The notes under the pieces are model-generated. The model did no database searches and was not told where the DNA came from. It saw nothing but the letters and a program-made list of their open reading frames with translations. A stretch of 64,000 bases of DNA, from NCBI GenBank assembly GCA_043228905.1, contig JBHGNT010000005.1, positions 1,116,001 to 1,180,000 on the forward strand. Direction: 5' to 3'. Positions 14,166 to 25,029 of the stretch are shown here, in pieces (position 1 is the stretch's first letter; each line of letters begins with the position of its first letter). Made by a program: the position numbers and the translations under genes. This DNA is from Azolla caroliniana. Lineage: Eukaryota; Plantae; Polypodiophyta.

Positions 14166-14946
14166 CCTGACAATGGTTTGGACAATCTCAAGAATATACG
14201 TTTATTGGTTTTTGTCTCCATTTATCTCCTTTCATACTTGATCCGTTCAATAAGATGACTTGACCATGAGGGGGATGTTGGGATGGATATCACCCCCTTC
14301 CTTCACTTGCATGTACTTGAGAATAAACTAGTAAAGTTGCTTTGGGGCCTTGAAGTAACCTAGTCTTGTCAATGAGATTTGACCCCTAATGCACGAGCTT
14401 AGAGAGAGAGAGTGTGTGTGTGTGTGTGTGCGCGTGCGCCTGACAATGGTTTGGACAATCTCAAGAATATATGTTTATTGGTTTTTGTCTCCATTTATCT
14501 CCTTTCATACTTGATCCGTTTGATAAGATGGCGTGACTGTGAGGGGGATGTTGGGATGGATATCACCCCCTTCCTTCACTTGCATGTACTTGAGAATAAA
14601 CTAGTAAAGTTGCTTTGGGGCCTCGAAGTAACCTAGTATTGTCAATGAGATTTGACCCCCTAATGCACGAGCTTAGAGAGAGAGTGTGTGTGTGTGTGTG
14701 TGCGCGCGCGCCTGACAATGGTTTGGACAATCTCAAGAATATATGTTTATTGGTTTTTGTCTCCATTTATCTCCTTTCATACTTGATCCATTCGATAAGA
14801 TGACATGACCGTGAGGGGGATGTTGGGATGGATATCACCCCCTTCATTCACTTGCATGTACTTGAGAATAAACTAGTAAAGTTGCTTTGGGGCCTTGAAG
14901 TAACCTAGTCTTGTCAATGAGATTTGACCCCCTAATGCACGAGCTT
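14124..14946. repeat. Tandem triplication of a ~273-bp unit, each unit headed by (GA)n(GT)n(GC)n
   Basis: CCTGACAATGG recurs at 14166, 14439 and 14711; GCACGAGCTT ends at 14400, 14674 and 14946; scattered SNPs between units; preceded by a G16 run (14107-14122). Confidence 0.95.
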
Positions 14947-15267
14947 GTAATAATATGGCCAACAACCATGGGACAACTCCAATGTCTGTGAGAGGAAGAG
15001 AGCACATATAAATAGGAAATGGAGATCCTTTGAATTGTTTTACTGTAACTATCAAGGCATGCATAGGTATGTCCATTTAGATGAAGCATTGCATAGTTGT
15101 CCATCTCATATGTTACACCAATATTCATGATCATGCATCCATATATTCAAATGAAACTTTTGACATGCAAAACAAGTGGTACTAAGACATGTGCGCCATT
15201 GATAAATTCCAACCATTGCATTACCAAGACATATTTTACAATCACACATGGACTATTAAACAACTCT

Positions 15268-15804
15268 TAGCAATGGGCACGGTTTCGGCTGAAACCGAAC
15301 CAAACCGTTAAGCCATGTATTGGTTCCAAAAAAAATTATTGGTTTGGATTTTTGATAAACGGTTCGGTTCAGTTCTAAAACTCGTGTTTATAGGTTTGGT
15401 TTAAAGGTTTATAGTTTTTTAGTTAACTTTTATTTTACCTTAATTGTTTATTAATTTAATGGGTTTTTATTCATTTAATTAATTCAACTTAAATGTTTAT
15501 TTAATTTAATGGTTCAATTAAAGTTTTTTTTATTGATTTAATAAATTTAACTTAAATGCTTATTTAATTTAATGTATTTTGTTTATTTAAATATTTATTA
15601 GTTTGACTTTAATGGTTAACTTTAAATTTTTTATTAAATGGTTCAGTTTGGTTTACTTTTTCTTAAATGGTTTGGTTTAAATATGTACTTGAAGTTGAGA
15701 GTTCATAAACGGTTTGGTTTGTTTTTTGTTTTATATAAACGGTTCGGTTTTGGTTTGATTCGGTTTCTTTACCTTGAAACCGAACCGAACCGTGCCCATT
15801 GCTA
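15268..15804. mobile_element. hAT-superfamily MITE (537 bp)
   Basis: TIRs TAGCAATGGGCACGGTT...AACCGTGCCCATTGCTA; 8-bp TSD ACAACTCT (15260-15267) / ACGACTCT (15805-15812); many subterminal AACCG/CGGTT repeats; AT-rich non-coding core. Confidence 0.92.
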
Positions 15805-15821
15805 ACGACTCTAGAGATATT

Positions 15822-15999
15822 TGTTTGGTATACATGTTTATGATTTGTAAATTACACTATAGATTATAGAGGACAACCCCATGAAGATAAATGTTGCGTC
15901 TATTCTTGCATGTTTGGTATACATGTTTATGATTTGTAAATTACACTATAGATTATAGAGGACAGCCCCATGAAGATAAATGTTGCATCTATTCTTGCA
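15822..15999. repeat. Direct tandem duplication of an 89-bp unit (2 copies, 2 mismatches)
   Basis: TGTTTGGTATACATG starts at 15822 and 15911. Confidence 0.93.
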
Positions 16000-17000
16000 T
16001 CCTCTTTACACCAACCACATGCAACAAAGGCATCACTAAAAATTCTATGCTTCCATAGTTTGCATCATTTTGTAAATGGGAGCTCTAAAGCTACAAAGAA
16101 AAAATATATTTCCTAACTCCCAATAATGCAAACAAAACCAAACCACAATAAGAATTTTAGAGATTATATGCAAAAGTTTCAAAAATTAATTCATGTGAGT
16201 ATTGGCTTTGTAGCTATTAAAAAGGGTACTTTATTATCATGTATCCTAGTATCCAAGACAGTGTGGTTCATATACCTTATGGATATGATATTGTTCGGTG
16301 ATCATTATCCATTTTCATATTCTTGTGGTTTTTTCCATAATTAGTAGTAGAAAGAAGAACCATAGAGAGATCGATCATTTGATAGCAAAAACTTGGTATT
16401 CACTATGGACCCTGATCATGTCTATCGTAAGTTTATTCCAAACATATATTGATTGGTGGTGAAAGTGCCGCTTAGATGGCACATTGCCCAATATATACAC
16501 TACTACATCAAAATGTTGGACACAAGATAACAATCCCATATTCCATTCTGTACAATGGTGTATGTTTGGCAATCAATGGTAGTTGGGATAGCAACTATAC
16601 AATGGTAGGGCATTTTACATGGGATGCACTTTTTTAGTACATTTATTGAGGAGGATGCCATATGCACATTCTTTACATGCCCAATTGCCAAGTCTCTTGG
16701 ATTGTTATATCATAACACTGGGCATCATTGATGGGATATTCTCGTATGTTTTCAATGAGTTTTCCCAAGGATCCAAACATTTACTATCCCCTTTATATAC
16801 ATAGTATTTCACTACCATAGCTATTGCCCTCAATTGTATAACTAGAGTATGCAAAATGGGATTTTGTGTGATGGTCTCCATAGAATATTGCATATAGATA
16901 CACCACTTGAAAGGAAATTTGATTTCCTTGAACAAAACAATGTGTGCATCTTGTCCTTGAACAAGTTAGCTTTATGTCAACTTGAATATCTCAATAGGCT
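16000..17000 (-). mobile_element. Decayed transposon-like coding remnant (unclassified)
   Basis: Short Cys/His-rich broken ORFs (e.g. KKCIPCKMPYHCIVAI); no termini found. Confidence 0.2.
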
Positions 17001-17811
17001 TATCTTGGCATAACAATTGTCACTATCATAATAGGGTCAACAATTAGTTTTGTATTGTTATGTCTTTTGCAAGAGAAAATAGAGGAAGAAAGAAAGACGT
17101 AGTTGGTATGAGTATACATCAACAAAGAAGATGCAATTTAATTATGAGCGGGGCATGCAGTACTCATGAGGTGCAAACAAATGTTTAAGCTTCTTGCTTA
17201 TAGAGAAGAAATGGTATTGTTTGACCCACATTGCATATTAGGGTCTACAAATATAAAGCTTTTGCATGTAAGATCCATCATGCCTAGCATGGTGTAAAAA
17301 GAGACTATTCAAAATCTCAAATGCACATATAAGATGCACGAAACTACTCAAAACCTCAAATAATTTGATAGAGATGAAATGAAATGTAGTTCTAATGTTG
17401 CAAATGGCCCAATATCACCATGTCAAATACAATAAAAACCACGTCAAAGCAAGAAGCATCAAGAACTAAGTTTTTGAGGCAAATGCATCAATTAGCTTTC
17501 CTGCGATATATAATCATGGATTCTTTATGATTGTCATCGATACAAATATTCAGCTCACACGAGCTTTGGTTACTGTTATCTGATAATAGAAACTGTCATG
17601 CTTCATAAGCATTTATATGACAAATAGTATGAGGGTGGTCAGTTTATTCTCATGCCAAACTTCATTGCAATGAAGGAGTGAGTCATCAATGAAATGTCTA
17701 CATTCTAGCTTGAAGTCACAGTTTGTTTTGATTGGTTGAACTGCTTTACACAACTCCTGTGTCTGACAGCCTCATTACTTGAAGAATATGAACAACAGTG
17801 TAAAATATTAT

Positions 17812-20409
17812 CTACAGTTCAGCTAGGCTGAAGTTCCACTTTAGATGGAGAAAACTCTTGACACCTTCTATAGGAAGTCGATGCTCATCAGAGATACATA
17901 CCGATAAACCCTCCATATACTTTTCAAGATCTGGAGCAAAATGAATAAGACGAATACATGCCGCAATGCACATATCATTTCTCAACTTCTTATTGAATGT
18001 TAAATGTCGTAAGCGAAGTTTCCTTCTAACCAAAAGTTTCACTTGTTCTACATGTCCCTCTGAATGTTTAAGTCCCTCCCGAATTCGAAGGGCTGCATCA
18101 CCATTTTCTTCAATATATTTATATATATTAGGTACATTTTCCCATACTGGGACAGCAATATACCCCAATATATCATTTACTTTCATATAGGAAACTTCAT
18201 CTGCCTCTACATCATGATCATCACTACACAACTCTTTGTTAGGGTTAGTTATCCTGAGAGGGAGTTGATGAAATTTACCTTGACCAACGGCTCCATAGCT
18301 AAATGCATCTTTAATTGTCTTATGAAGAAAGAGGGTATAATCAGGCTGTATAGCTAACCCATCATGTGTAAAAACCATTTCTACCTCCATCAATCTGGCA
18401 AGTTTAAGCTCTAAAACACGTCTCTCTGATGCATCCCTCTTGTTTTTCACAGCTTTGCACAAATCTACATTTTTCAGAAAAGCCGACCACGATTGCACAT
18501 TGTCTTCATAGTTTACCCAAAGGTTTCCAAGGGCGTCAATTCCATAACAATTCCCAATTAGCAAAGTATGCCCACGTAGTTGAATATCTTGAGATTCATC
18601 CAAGGCAATGGAGAGTTTTTCCAGAGCTTTGATGTGTTCTTTAGCAGAGAGTTCGGATATAGGCGGACGGAAAGAGACCTTGATCCCTCTCCCTAAATTC
18701 AATGCATTCTTTGTTCCAGCTAATTGTCTTTCAAAATCCATTGCGGAGGCATCATTTTGACGCTGAATTTCTGATGCTTGTTGAAAAAGTTCAGATAGAC
18801 GAATAGCATCCGCTTCAGCTGATAATCCTCCAGAAGCATAATCTGAGAGACCACAAGCTACTAACAATCTACCAATAGATTTGTGTGTTGTCGGTAATAG
18901 ATCAGCAGTTTTGTTCTCATCAGAATACCGAACTTGTGGTGGTGGCAATGAGATCTCTACCTTTTTCAATTTCTCGGCATCTGTTTCTTCCCTTATAAAG
19001 AAGACAAAATGATATGGATGCTGCCGGAAGCTTCCACCCCCTTTTGCAGCATTCAAATACTCTTGCAGAAGCTGAAACGAATTCTGATTTATCGTCTGCA
19101 TTGGAGAAATAAATAGATGTTTCAACATGCACATAAAGTTTTTGTCTCTACGCTCAATGAAACACCCCATATTTCCTAATTCTATATTTCTCAATGCAGA
19201 AAAGTCCACATATTTATATGTCACAAATAAAAGGCTTGTGTTTCGCAAAAGAATGCAACCTTATATTTCATTGTACTTATATTGCCCTTGGCTGCACTAG
19301 AAAGCAATAGATTCAACTTGGGAGTGTGAAGTGAAAACCAGGGAGCTTATATGATCAGTAAAACATAGATTAGACATCTCAAATATTAGCTGAGGTTGAA
19401 CATCATAGTCAAAACATTTGGCACGATCCTTACATCACCATGCTCCAATTTACCGCACTTTTTATTATTGAGATTTGAAAACTATTAACCAGACTGTCAT
19501 AGTTGTTTCCTTCTGTCTTTAGACATGTCTACCAAAGATCTAAATGAGGTTGATTTGCTTCAATCCATTACAAGCAGAATGCTAGGATATACTCTAGCCA
19601 GGATGGAAGGACTCTCAAAGTCACATTCTAAAAACATTGTGAAAGCGTGTTAGTCACAGGTCGCAATCCAAATCCCACTACTTGCATATGAGATGCCATC
19701 CAGAGGTCAGCTCATAACACTGCGTTGCAAATAGTTATAGATTTCCTGTTCAGAAGGGAGCTTTTTAGGCTGGTCTCAGAAGATGGTTATACACAAAGCT
19801 CTTTATTCCCTTGGATCTCATAAAAATGCTGAATTTATGACACTTGGAGTTTTGATACNNNNNNNNNNNNNNNNNNNNNNNNNNNNNNNNNNNNNNNNNN
19901 NNNNNNNNNNNNNNNNNNNNNNNNNNNNNNNNNNNNNNNNNNNNNNNNNNNNNNNNNNATATATATATATATATATACATACATACAAGAAAATGCATAC
20001 ATAGACATACACATATTTTGCATACATATATTTCTTCGTTCAACATATTCTGCCTGTTTTAAAAAAGAACAGGCATCAGATCAAGTTTTTGAAGTTCACT
20101 TTAACAAATACTTCAATGCCACGCAAACAGAAAAAAGGAGATATAAAGATGACGAGCCATGGTGAAAAGGAGAGGGAAGAAAAACAGAGGAATAATTACC
20201 TGTTCGAGGGGTTGATTGTGGAAGAGATCAGGGTGTATGAGCTTGAACAGGCGGCGAAGCTCTCCTTTGAGAGAGTTATCGGGTCCTTTTCCATCGCAAG
20301 ATTCAGCATTAGTAGAGCTATAATTAGAGATGAATCGAGAAGCAGAGATCATGGAAGGCTTCGGCGGCCATCGTAGCTGAGATCGGGAAAGCAGGGACAG
20401 TGCACGCAT
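17812..20409 (-). CDS. DUF4460/DUF4461 TCAIM-like protein with an HPD J-domain-like motif, probably mitochondrial
   Basis: Exon 1 20409-20200 (MRALSLLSRSQLRW..., R/S-rich presequence-like; ELRRLFKLIHPDLFHNQPLEQ), phase-0 GT-AG intron, exon 2 19095-17812 (TINQNSFQLLQEYL...). LRR.F...HPD.F...P.E...N.NS...L..YL is the DUF4460 signature. Confidence 0.8.
19859..19958. other. Assembly gap (100 N) inside the intron, followed by (AT)n
   Basis: Direct reading. Confidence 0.99.
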
Positions 20410-20564
20410 GGAGGAAAGAGAATGGTGATCTCCCCTTCCCCTGTCTCCTCCTCTTTTCGTTTGGTGAGAACTTAGAAGGAAGGGAGGCTTCACGTCATAT
20501 CATTCCTTCATTATGGAACTACTCTGCATTCTATACATACATATATGTACATTTTTATTTGTTT

Positions 20565-20656
20565 ACACTTAAGATGTAATGTAATCTCTTGTTTGGTCTT
20601 TCTTATAGGCCATTTTGGCCCCTCTTAAAAGTCGTTAATATATCTTTCTTTCTTCT
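20565..20656 (+). mobile_element. Short 3'-terminal stub of the LINE family
   Basis: GGCCATTTTGGCC-cctcttaaaa-GTCGTTAATATA-(TCTT)n matches the 3' end at 2991-3045 and the reverse complement of 49175-49260. Confidence 0.7.
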
Positions 20657-21684
20657 AGCTAGGAAGTGAGAATATGTAAGTCATACATGACACAAACACT
20701 CCCACGTATGAGGAGGAACCATAGCACTTAGTTCCTCCTCTTCTTCCGATGACATTGACTTATACATGTTCCGTTGTTATATGATGCTTGTTGTACATGC
20801 CATGGATGTCCCTAGTGCCTAACGAGATGCCATTCTGGTATCTTGTTGTGTGGACTAGACTAATATAACATGTATGTACATATAGGGGTGAGGGGTGGAC
20901 ATATAACCTTGCCTTTGCCCTTCCATGTCTTGTAATGATAAAACATTTTGATGGACATGAAACCATGCCTACCCTTCTTGTTTGAATTCCCCTTGCAAGT
21001 CAGGATAATGTTGAACCCTTGCCTAATTTGTATCAGTCCTTCTCAACCAAGATGGTTCAACTTCTCATTCTCAACTCAAAAAACACTTGATCATCCCCTT
21101 CGTTTACTCATCCTCTCAAAATCAATGCACCGAACCTTTCCCTTTCCCTTGTTTTTCATGTGCGTTCGATGACATTAAACCTTTTCCTTATGAAATCAGG
21201 CCCTTCTCTTGGTTACACCACCCTTATGAAAAGAGGATATGATTGGAAAACATTTCAAATTGTAAAACTTCCCCTTCTCAATCACAAAGTCAAACCCCTC
21301 ATTTATCTTCTGTTTTCCTCCTTTGTTAATAACATGAACGAATCTCGGGACATTAACAAAAAAACCTTTTTTCCTCCTTGCTATAACATGAACTTTCACT
21401 GGGCACATTAACGATTACGAAACCTTTGTTCAGGTTTCCTACACCATTAACGATACCTTTTTTGTGTGTGTCTATTTGGCTTTTCGTTCCGACCAACCAA
21501 GACATTCAAATCCCTTCTTTTTTGTGGAGCTTTATTTCGCTTCACGAAAACCTTGAGCTGTGACACGTAAAAACGCTCCTCTCTAAACCCATGAACTAGC
21601 GGGATTCTTTTTGGTGGATCTCTCGCATTTCTCTGAGTGAAGATCTCGAGTTCAGAAGGGAGAAGGATAAATGCTGTGGTTGCA

Positions 21685-24600
21685 ATGCTGATGCTATCAG
21701 TAAGAGGAGGGATATGGAAAGCAGCCAACAAAGGAAGCCACCCATTCTTCCACTCTTCCTCCGTTTTCCTGCACAAAGAAGCTATCGTGGACACGGTTGA
21801 TGGTGATCATACGGACGATCAGTCATTAGATTCTCTCATCATTCAACATGTCAAGCGTGGAAAGTACCAGAATGCTCTCTCCTTGCATCAACAATTTCAA
21901 CAACAACAGCGTCATCATCATAATCAACAACATTCTCTATATTTCAGTGAGCACACTTTTCTTGCTTTGTTGAAAGCTTGTGCAAATGTAAAAGACCTAG
22001 AGAAAGGTCTTCAAATCCATGGCGATATTTGTAGGGTAGGTTTGATCCATACAAATGTATACATTGGTTCTGCATTGATTGATATGTATGCAAAATGTGG
22101 TTCTCTTGCAAGGGCAAAGCAAGTTTTTGATGAAATTCCATGTAAAAACGTGGTGTTATGGACAACAATAATAACAGGGTATGTTGAAAATGCGAGAGGA
22201 GAAGAAGCTCTTCAATTTCTCGATAAAATGCATTGTGAGGGTTACTCTGCAAATTTTGTTACTTTGATCTCTAGCTTGAAAGCTTGCACTACTATAGGAT
22301 CCATACAGAAGGGCCAAGAAGTACATGGCGAGATTGAAAAAAAAGGATTTCATGTGAAAGAGATTGCTATTGGCAATGCATTGGTTGCAATGTATGCTAA
22401 ACTAGGTTTGCTTTGTGAAGCACAATGTCAATTTGATCATCTTTTGGATCGGAATGTTGTCTCTTGGACTACAATAATCTCAGGTTATGTAGAACATAAT
22501 TATGGTAAGGAAGCTTTAGAGTGTTTTGACCATATGCAACTCGAGGGCGTCTCTCCAAATTCTGTTACTTACCTTTTTGTTTTGAAAGCTTGTGGAACTA
22601 TGGAAAATGTTCAGAAAGGTGAAGAACTACACTTGGAGATTGAAGGAACTGGGTTATTTGGAAAAAACCTTTTCATTGGAAGTGCTTTACTTAATATGTA
22701 TTTTAAATTTGGATTGCTTGAAAAAGCCCAACATGTTTTTGATGAGCTTCAAGATCGAAATGTTGTTGTATGGAATTCATTGATTGGTGGATATATTGAC
22801 CTTGGGCATCAGTGGAGAGCACTCAAGTATTTTGAGCAGATGCAACTCGAAGGAGTCTCGCCAAATGTCACCACATATGTATGTAGCTTGAAAGCTTGTA
22901 CTAGTATAAGTGCAATAGATATAGGCTGTAAAATCCATCTGGAGATTGAGAGACTAGGATTGATAGAAAAGGACCTTCTTGTTGGCAATGCCTTGGTTGG
23001 TATGTATGCCAAACATGGTTTGCTCGCTTTAGCACAACAAACCTTCGATAAACTTCCATCTCTGAATGTGGTGTCTTGGAATGAGTTGATATTAGGATAT
23101 GCCGAACATGGAGATCAAGAGAAAGCTCTTCAATGCTTCCGACACATGCAAGCAAAGGGGGTTTCTCCAAATGCTAGCACGTTCATTTCTGCCTTGAAAG
23201 CTTCTGGTAGCATACAAGCGATTGAGATGGGTAGAGAACATCATGCGGATATTGAAAAGAAAGGTTTTCTCGAAGGAAACTTGATCATTGGCAATGCATT
23301 GTTAGGTATGTATGCTAAATGTGGGTTGTTTGAAGAATCACAAAACCAATTTAATAGGCTTCAAGATCGAGATGTGTTTACTTGGACAACACTGATTTCG
23401 GGGTATGTTGAAAGTGAATGTGCTCTGGAAGCATTTAAGTTCTTTGACCAGATGCAAGTTGATGGTGCCTTACCCAACTCTATAACATTCATTTGCATCT
23501 TGAAAGCTTGTGGGATTATAAGAGGATTGGAGAGGGGTCAAAGAATACATTGTGAAATTGAAAGGCAGGGTTTGTGTGAAAATGATCCTGCGATAGGCCT
23601 GGCGTTAGTTGACATGTATTCTAAATGTGGATCATTCACGAAAGCACGCCAAATTTTTGATAGACTTTCTGTTCGAGATGCAAATGCATGGAGTGCATTA
23701 CTAATAGGATGTGCTGAAAATGGAGATGATGATGAAGTACTCGAATATTTTGAAGAAATGTGCCTTGAGGGGGTGGTTGCTAGCTCAGAAATTTTTGTTT
23801 GTGCCTTGAAAGCTTGTGGTAACATCAGCGCTATAGATAAAGGTGAAAAGATACATGTCGAGATCAATAAGAAAGGGTTACTTGAAAAAGATCCTTTTCT
23901 TGGGAGTGCTTTGGTTGATATGTACACTAAATGTGGATCACTTATAAAGGCTCAAGAAGTCTTTGACAAACTTCCAATTCGAGACACAATATTGTGGACT
24001 TCACTAATCACAGGATATGTTGAACATGGCTATGCCGAAGAAACACTCAAATGTTTTGAACAAATGCGACTTGAAGGTGTGCCTATTGATTCTTTCACAT
24101 ATGTGAGCTTTTTAAATGCTTGTAGCAAAATAAGATCTGTGGGGAAGGGACAAGAAATACATGCGGAGATTGAGAGAGAAGAATTGCTTGAAAACGACGT
24201 TGTTATGGGAAATGCTCTTGTGGATATGTATTCACAATGTGGATTACATTCCAAAGCATTGCAAGTATTTGAGACGCTTCCAGTTCAAAATGTAGTATCA
24301 TGGACAGCATTAATTGCAGGATATGCTGAACATGAACATGGTGATGAAGCATTAAAATGTTTCGAACAAATGCAACTTCAAGGGGTGTCACCAAATTCTG
24401 GAACCCTTATTTGTGCCTTGAAAGCTTGTGCAAATATGGGATCAATAAAAAAAGGTGAAGAAATTCATGGTGAGATTGAAAGGCAAGGTTTGTTAGAGGG
24501 AAACATCATCGTTGGGAATAGTTTGGTCGATATGTATTCTAAATGTGGCTTGGTCGGTAAAGCAAGATATGTATTCGACCAACTGCCAAGTCGAGACGTA

Positions 24601-25029
24601 GTCTCTTGGACTTCTTTGATGTCGGGATATAGTCAGCTCGGAGATAGTGAAAATGTTTTTCATTTTTTTGATAGCATGTTAGCCGAAGGTATATGGCCGA
24701 ATGAGGTCACTTTTGTTGTTGTTCTGAATACATGCAGTAAGGTAGGTCTATTCAACAGGAGCCATACCTATTTTGAGGCTATGAGCAAACACTATGGAAT
24801 TAGTGCAACCATCGAGCACTATACTTGTGTCGTCGATCTCTTTACCCGAACAGGCCGATTTGACAAGACAGTAATGACAGTCGAGAAAATGCCTGCTAGT
24901 TCTGATCTTTATATGTGGCATACAATATTAGGTGCTTGTAGAAATTGGGGTGCCATGGAATTTGGGGAACTAGCTTTCAAACATGCATTGCATTCGGAGA
25001 AGGATACATGGTCATCTCTTCTACAGTAG
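21685..25029 (+). CDS. PLS-class PPR protein (~9 PLS triplets + P2L2S2 + E1), putative organellar RNA-editing specificity factor, no DYW
   Basis: Intronless ORF; first ATG 21685 (the ORF track starts at an upstream GTG). Repeated GNALVDMYAKCG / VVSWTALIAGY / TFVCSLKAC motifs; ends ...MWHTILGACRNWGAMEFGELAFKHALHSEKD; N-terminal targeting-like segment with a Q/H tract. Confidence 0.93.
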   Translation: MLMLSVRGGIWKAANKGSHPFFHSSSVFLHKEAIVDTVDGDHTDDQSLDSLIIQHVKRGKYQNALSLHQQFQQQQRHHHNQQHSLYFSEHTFLALLKACANVKDLEKGLQIHGDICRVGLIHTNVYIGSALIDMYAKCGSLARAKQVFDEIPCKNVVLWTTIITGYVENARGEEALQFLDKMHCEGYSANFVTLISSLKACTTIGSIQKGQEVHGEIEKKGFHVKEIAIGNALVAMYAKLGLLCEAQCQFDHLLDRNVVSWTTIISGYVEHNYGKEALECFDHMQLEGVSPNSVTYLFVLKACGTMENVQKGEELHLEIEGTGLFGKNLFIGSALLNMYFKFGLLEKAQHVFDELQDRNVVVWNSLIGGYIDLGHQWRALKYFEQMQLEGVSPNVTTYVCSLKACTSISAIDIGCKIHLEIERLGLIEKDLLVGNALVGMYAKHGLLALAQQTFDKLPSLNVVSWNELILGYAEHGDQEKALQCFRHMQAKGVSPNASTFISALKASGSIQAIEMGREHHADIEKKGFLEGNLIIGNALLGMYAKCGLFEESQNQFNRLQDRDVFTWTTLISGYVESECALEAFKFFDQMQVDGALPNSITFICILKACGIIRGLERGQRIHCEIERQGLCENDPAIGLALVDMYSKCGSFTKARQIFDRLSVRDANAWSALLIGCAENGDDDEVLEYFEEMCLEGVVASSEIFVCALKACGNISAIDKGEKIHVEINKKGLLEKDPFLGSALVDMYTKCGSLIKAQEVFDKLPIRDTILWTSLITGYVEHGYAEETLKCFEQMRLEGVPIDSFTYVSFLNACSKIRSVGKGQEIHAEIEREELLENDVVMGNALVDMYSQCGLHSKALQVFETLPVQNVVSWTALIAGYAEHEHGDEALKCFEQMQLQGVSPNSGTLICALKACANMGSIKKGEEIHGEIERQGLLEGNIIVGNSLVDMYSKCGLVGKARYVFDQLPSRDVVSWTSLMSGYSQLGDSENVFHFFDSMLAEGIWPNEVTFVVVLNTCSKVGLFNRSHTYFEAMSKHYGISATIEHYTCVVDLFTRTGRFDKTVMTVEKMPASSDLYMWHTILGACRNWGAMEFGELAFKHALHSEKDTWSSLLQ

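Noticed and set aside
14124-14946. CRISPR-like repeat-spacer array
   Set aside because: Whole 273-bp units are near-identical, there are no unique spacers and no cas genes, and the context is eukaryotic; it is a tandem triplication.
19096-19248. N-terminal 51 aa of ORF 17812-19248
   Set aside because: Intron sequence read through; the true exon starts at the AG acceptor at 19095.
19765-20046. ORFs spanning the N run
   Set aside because: Artefacts of the assembly gap.
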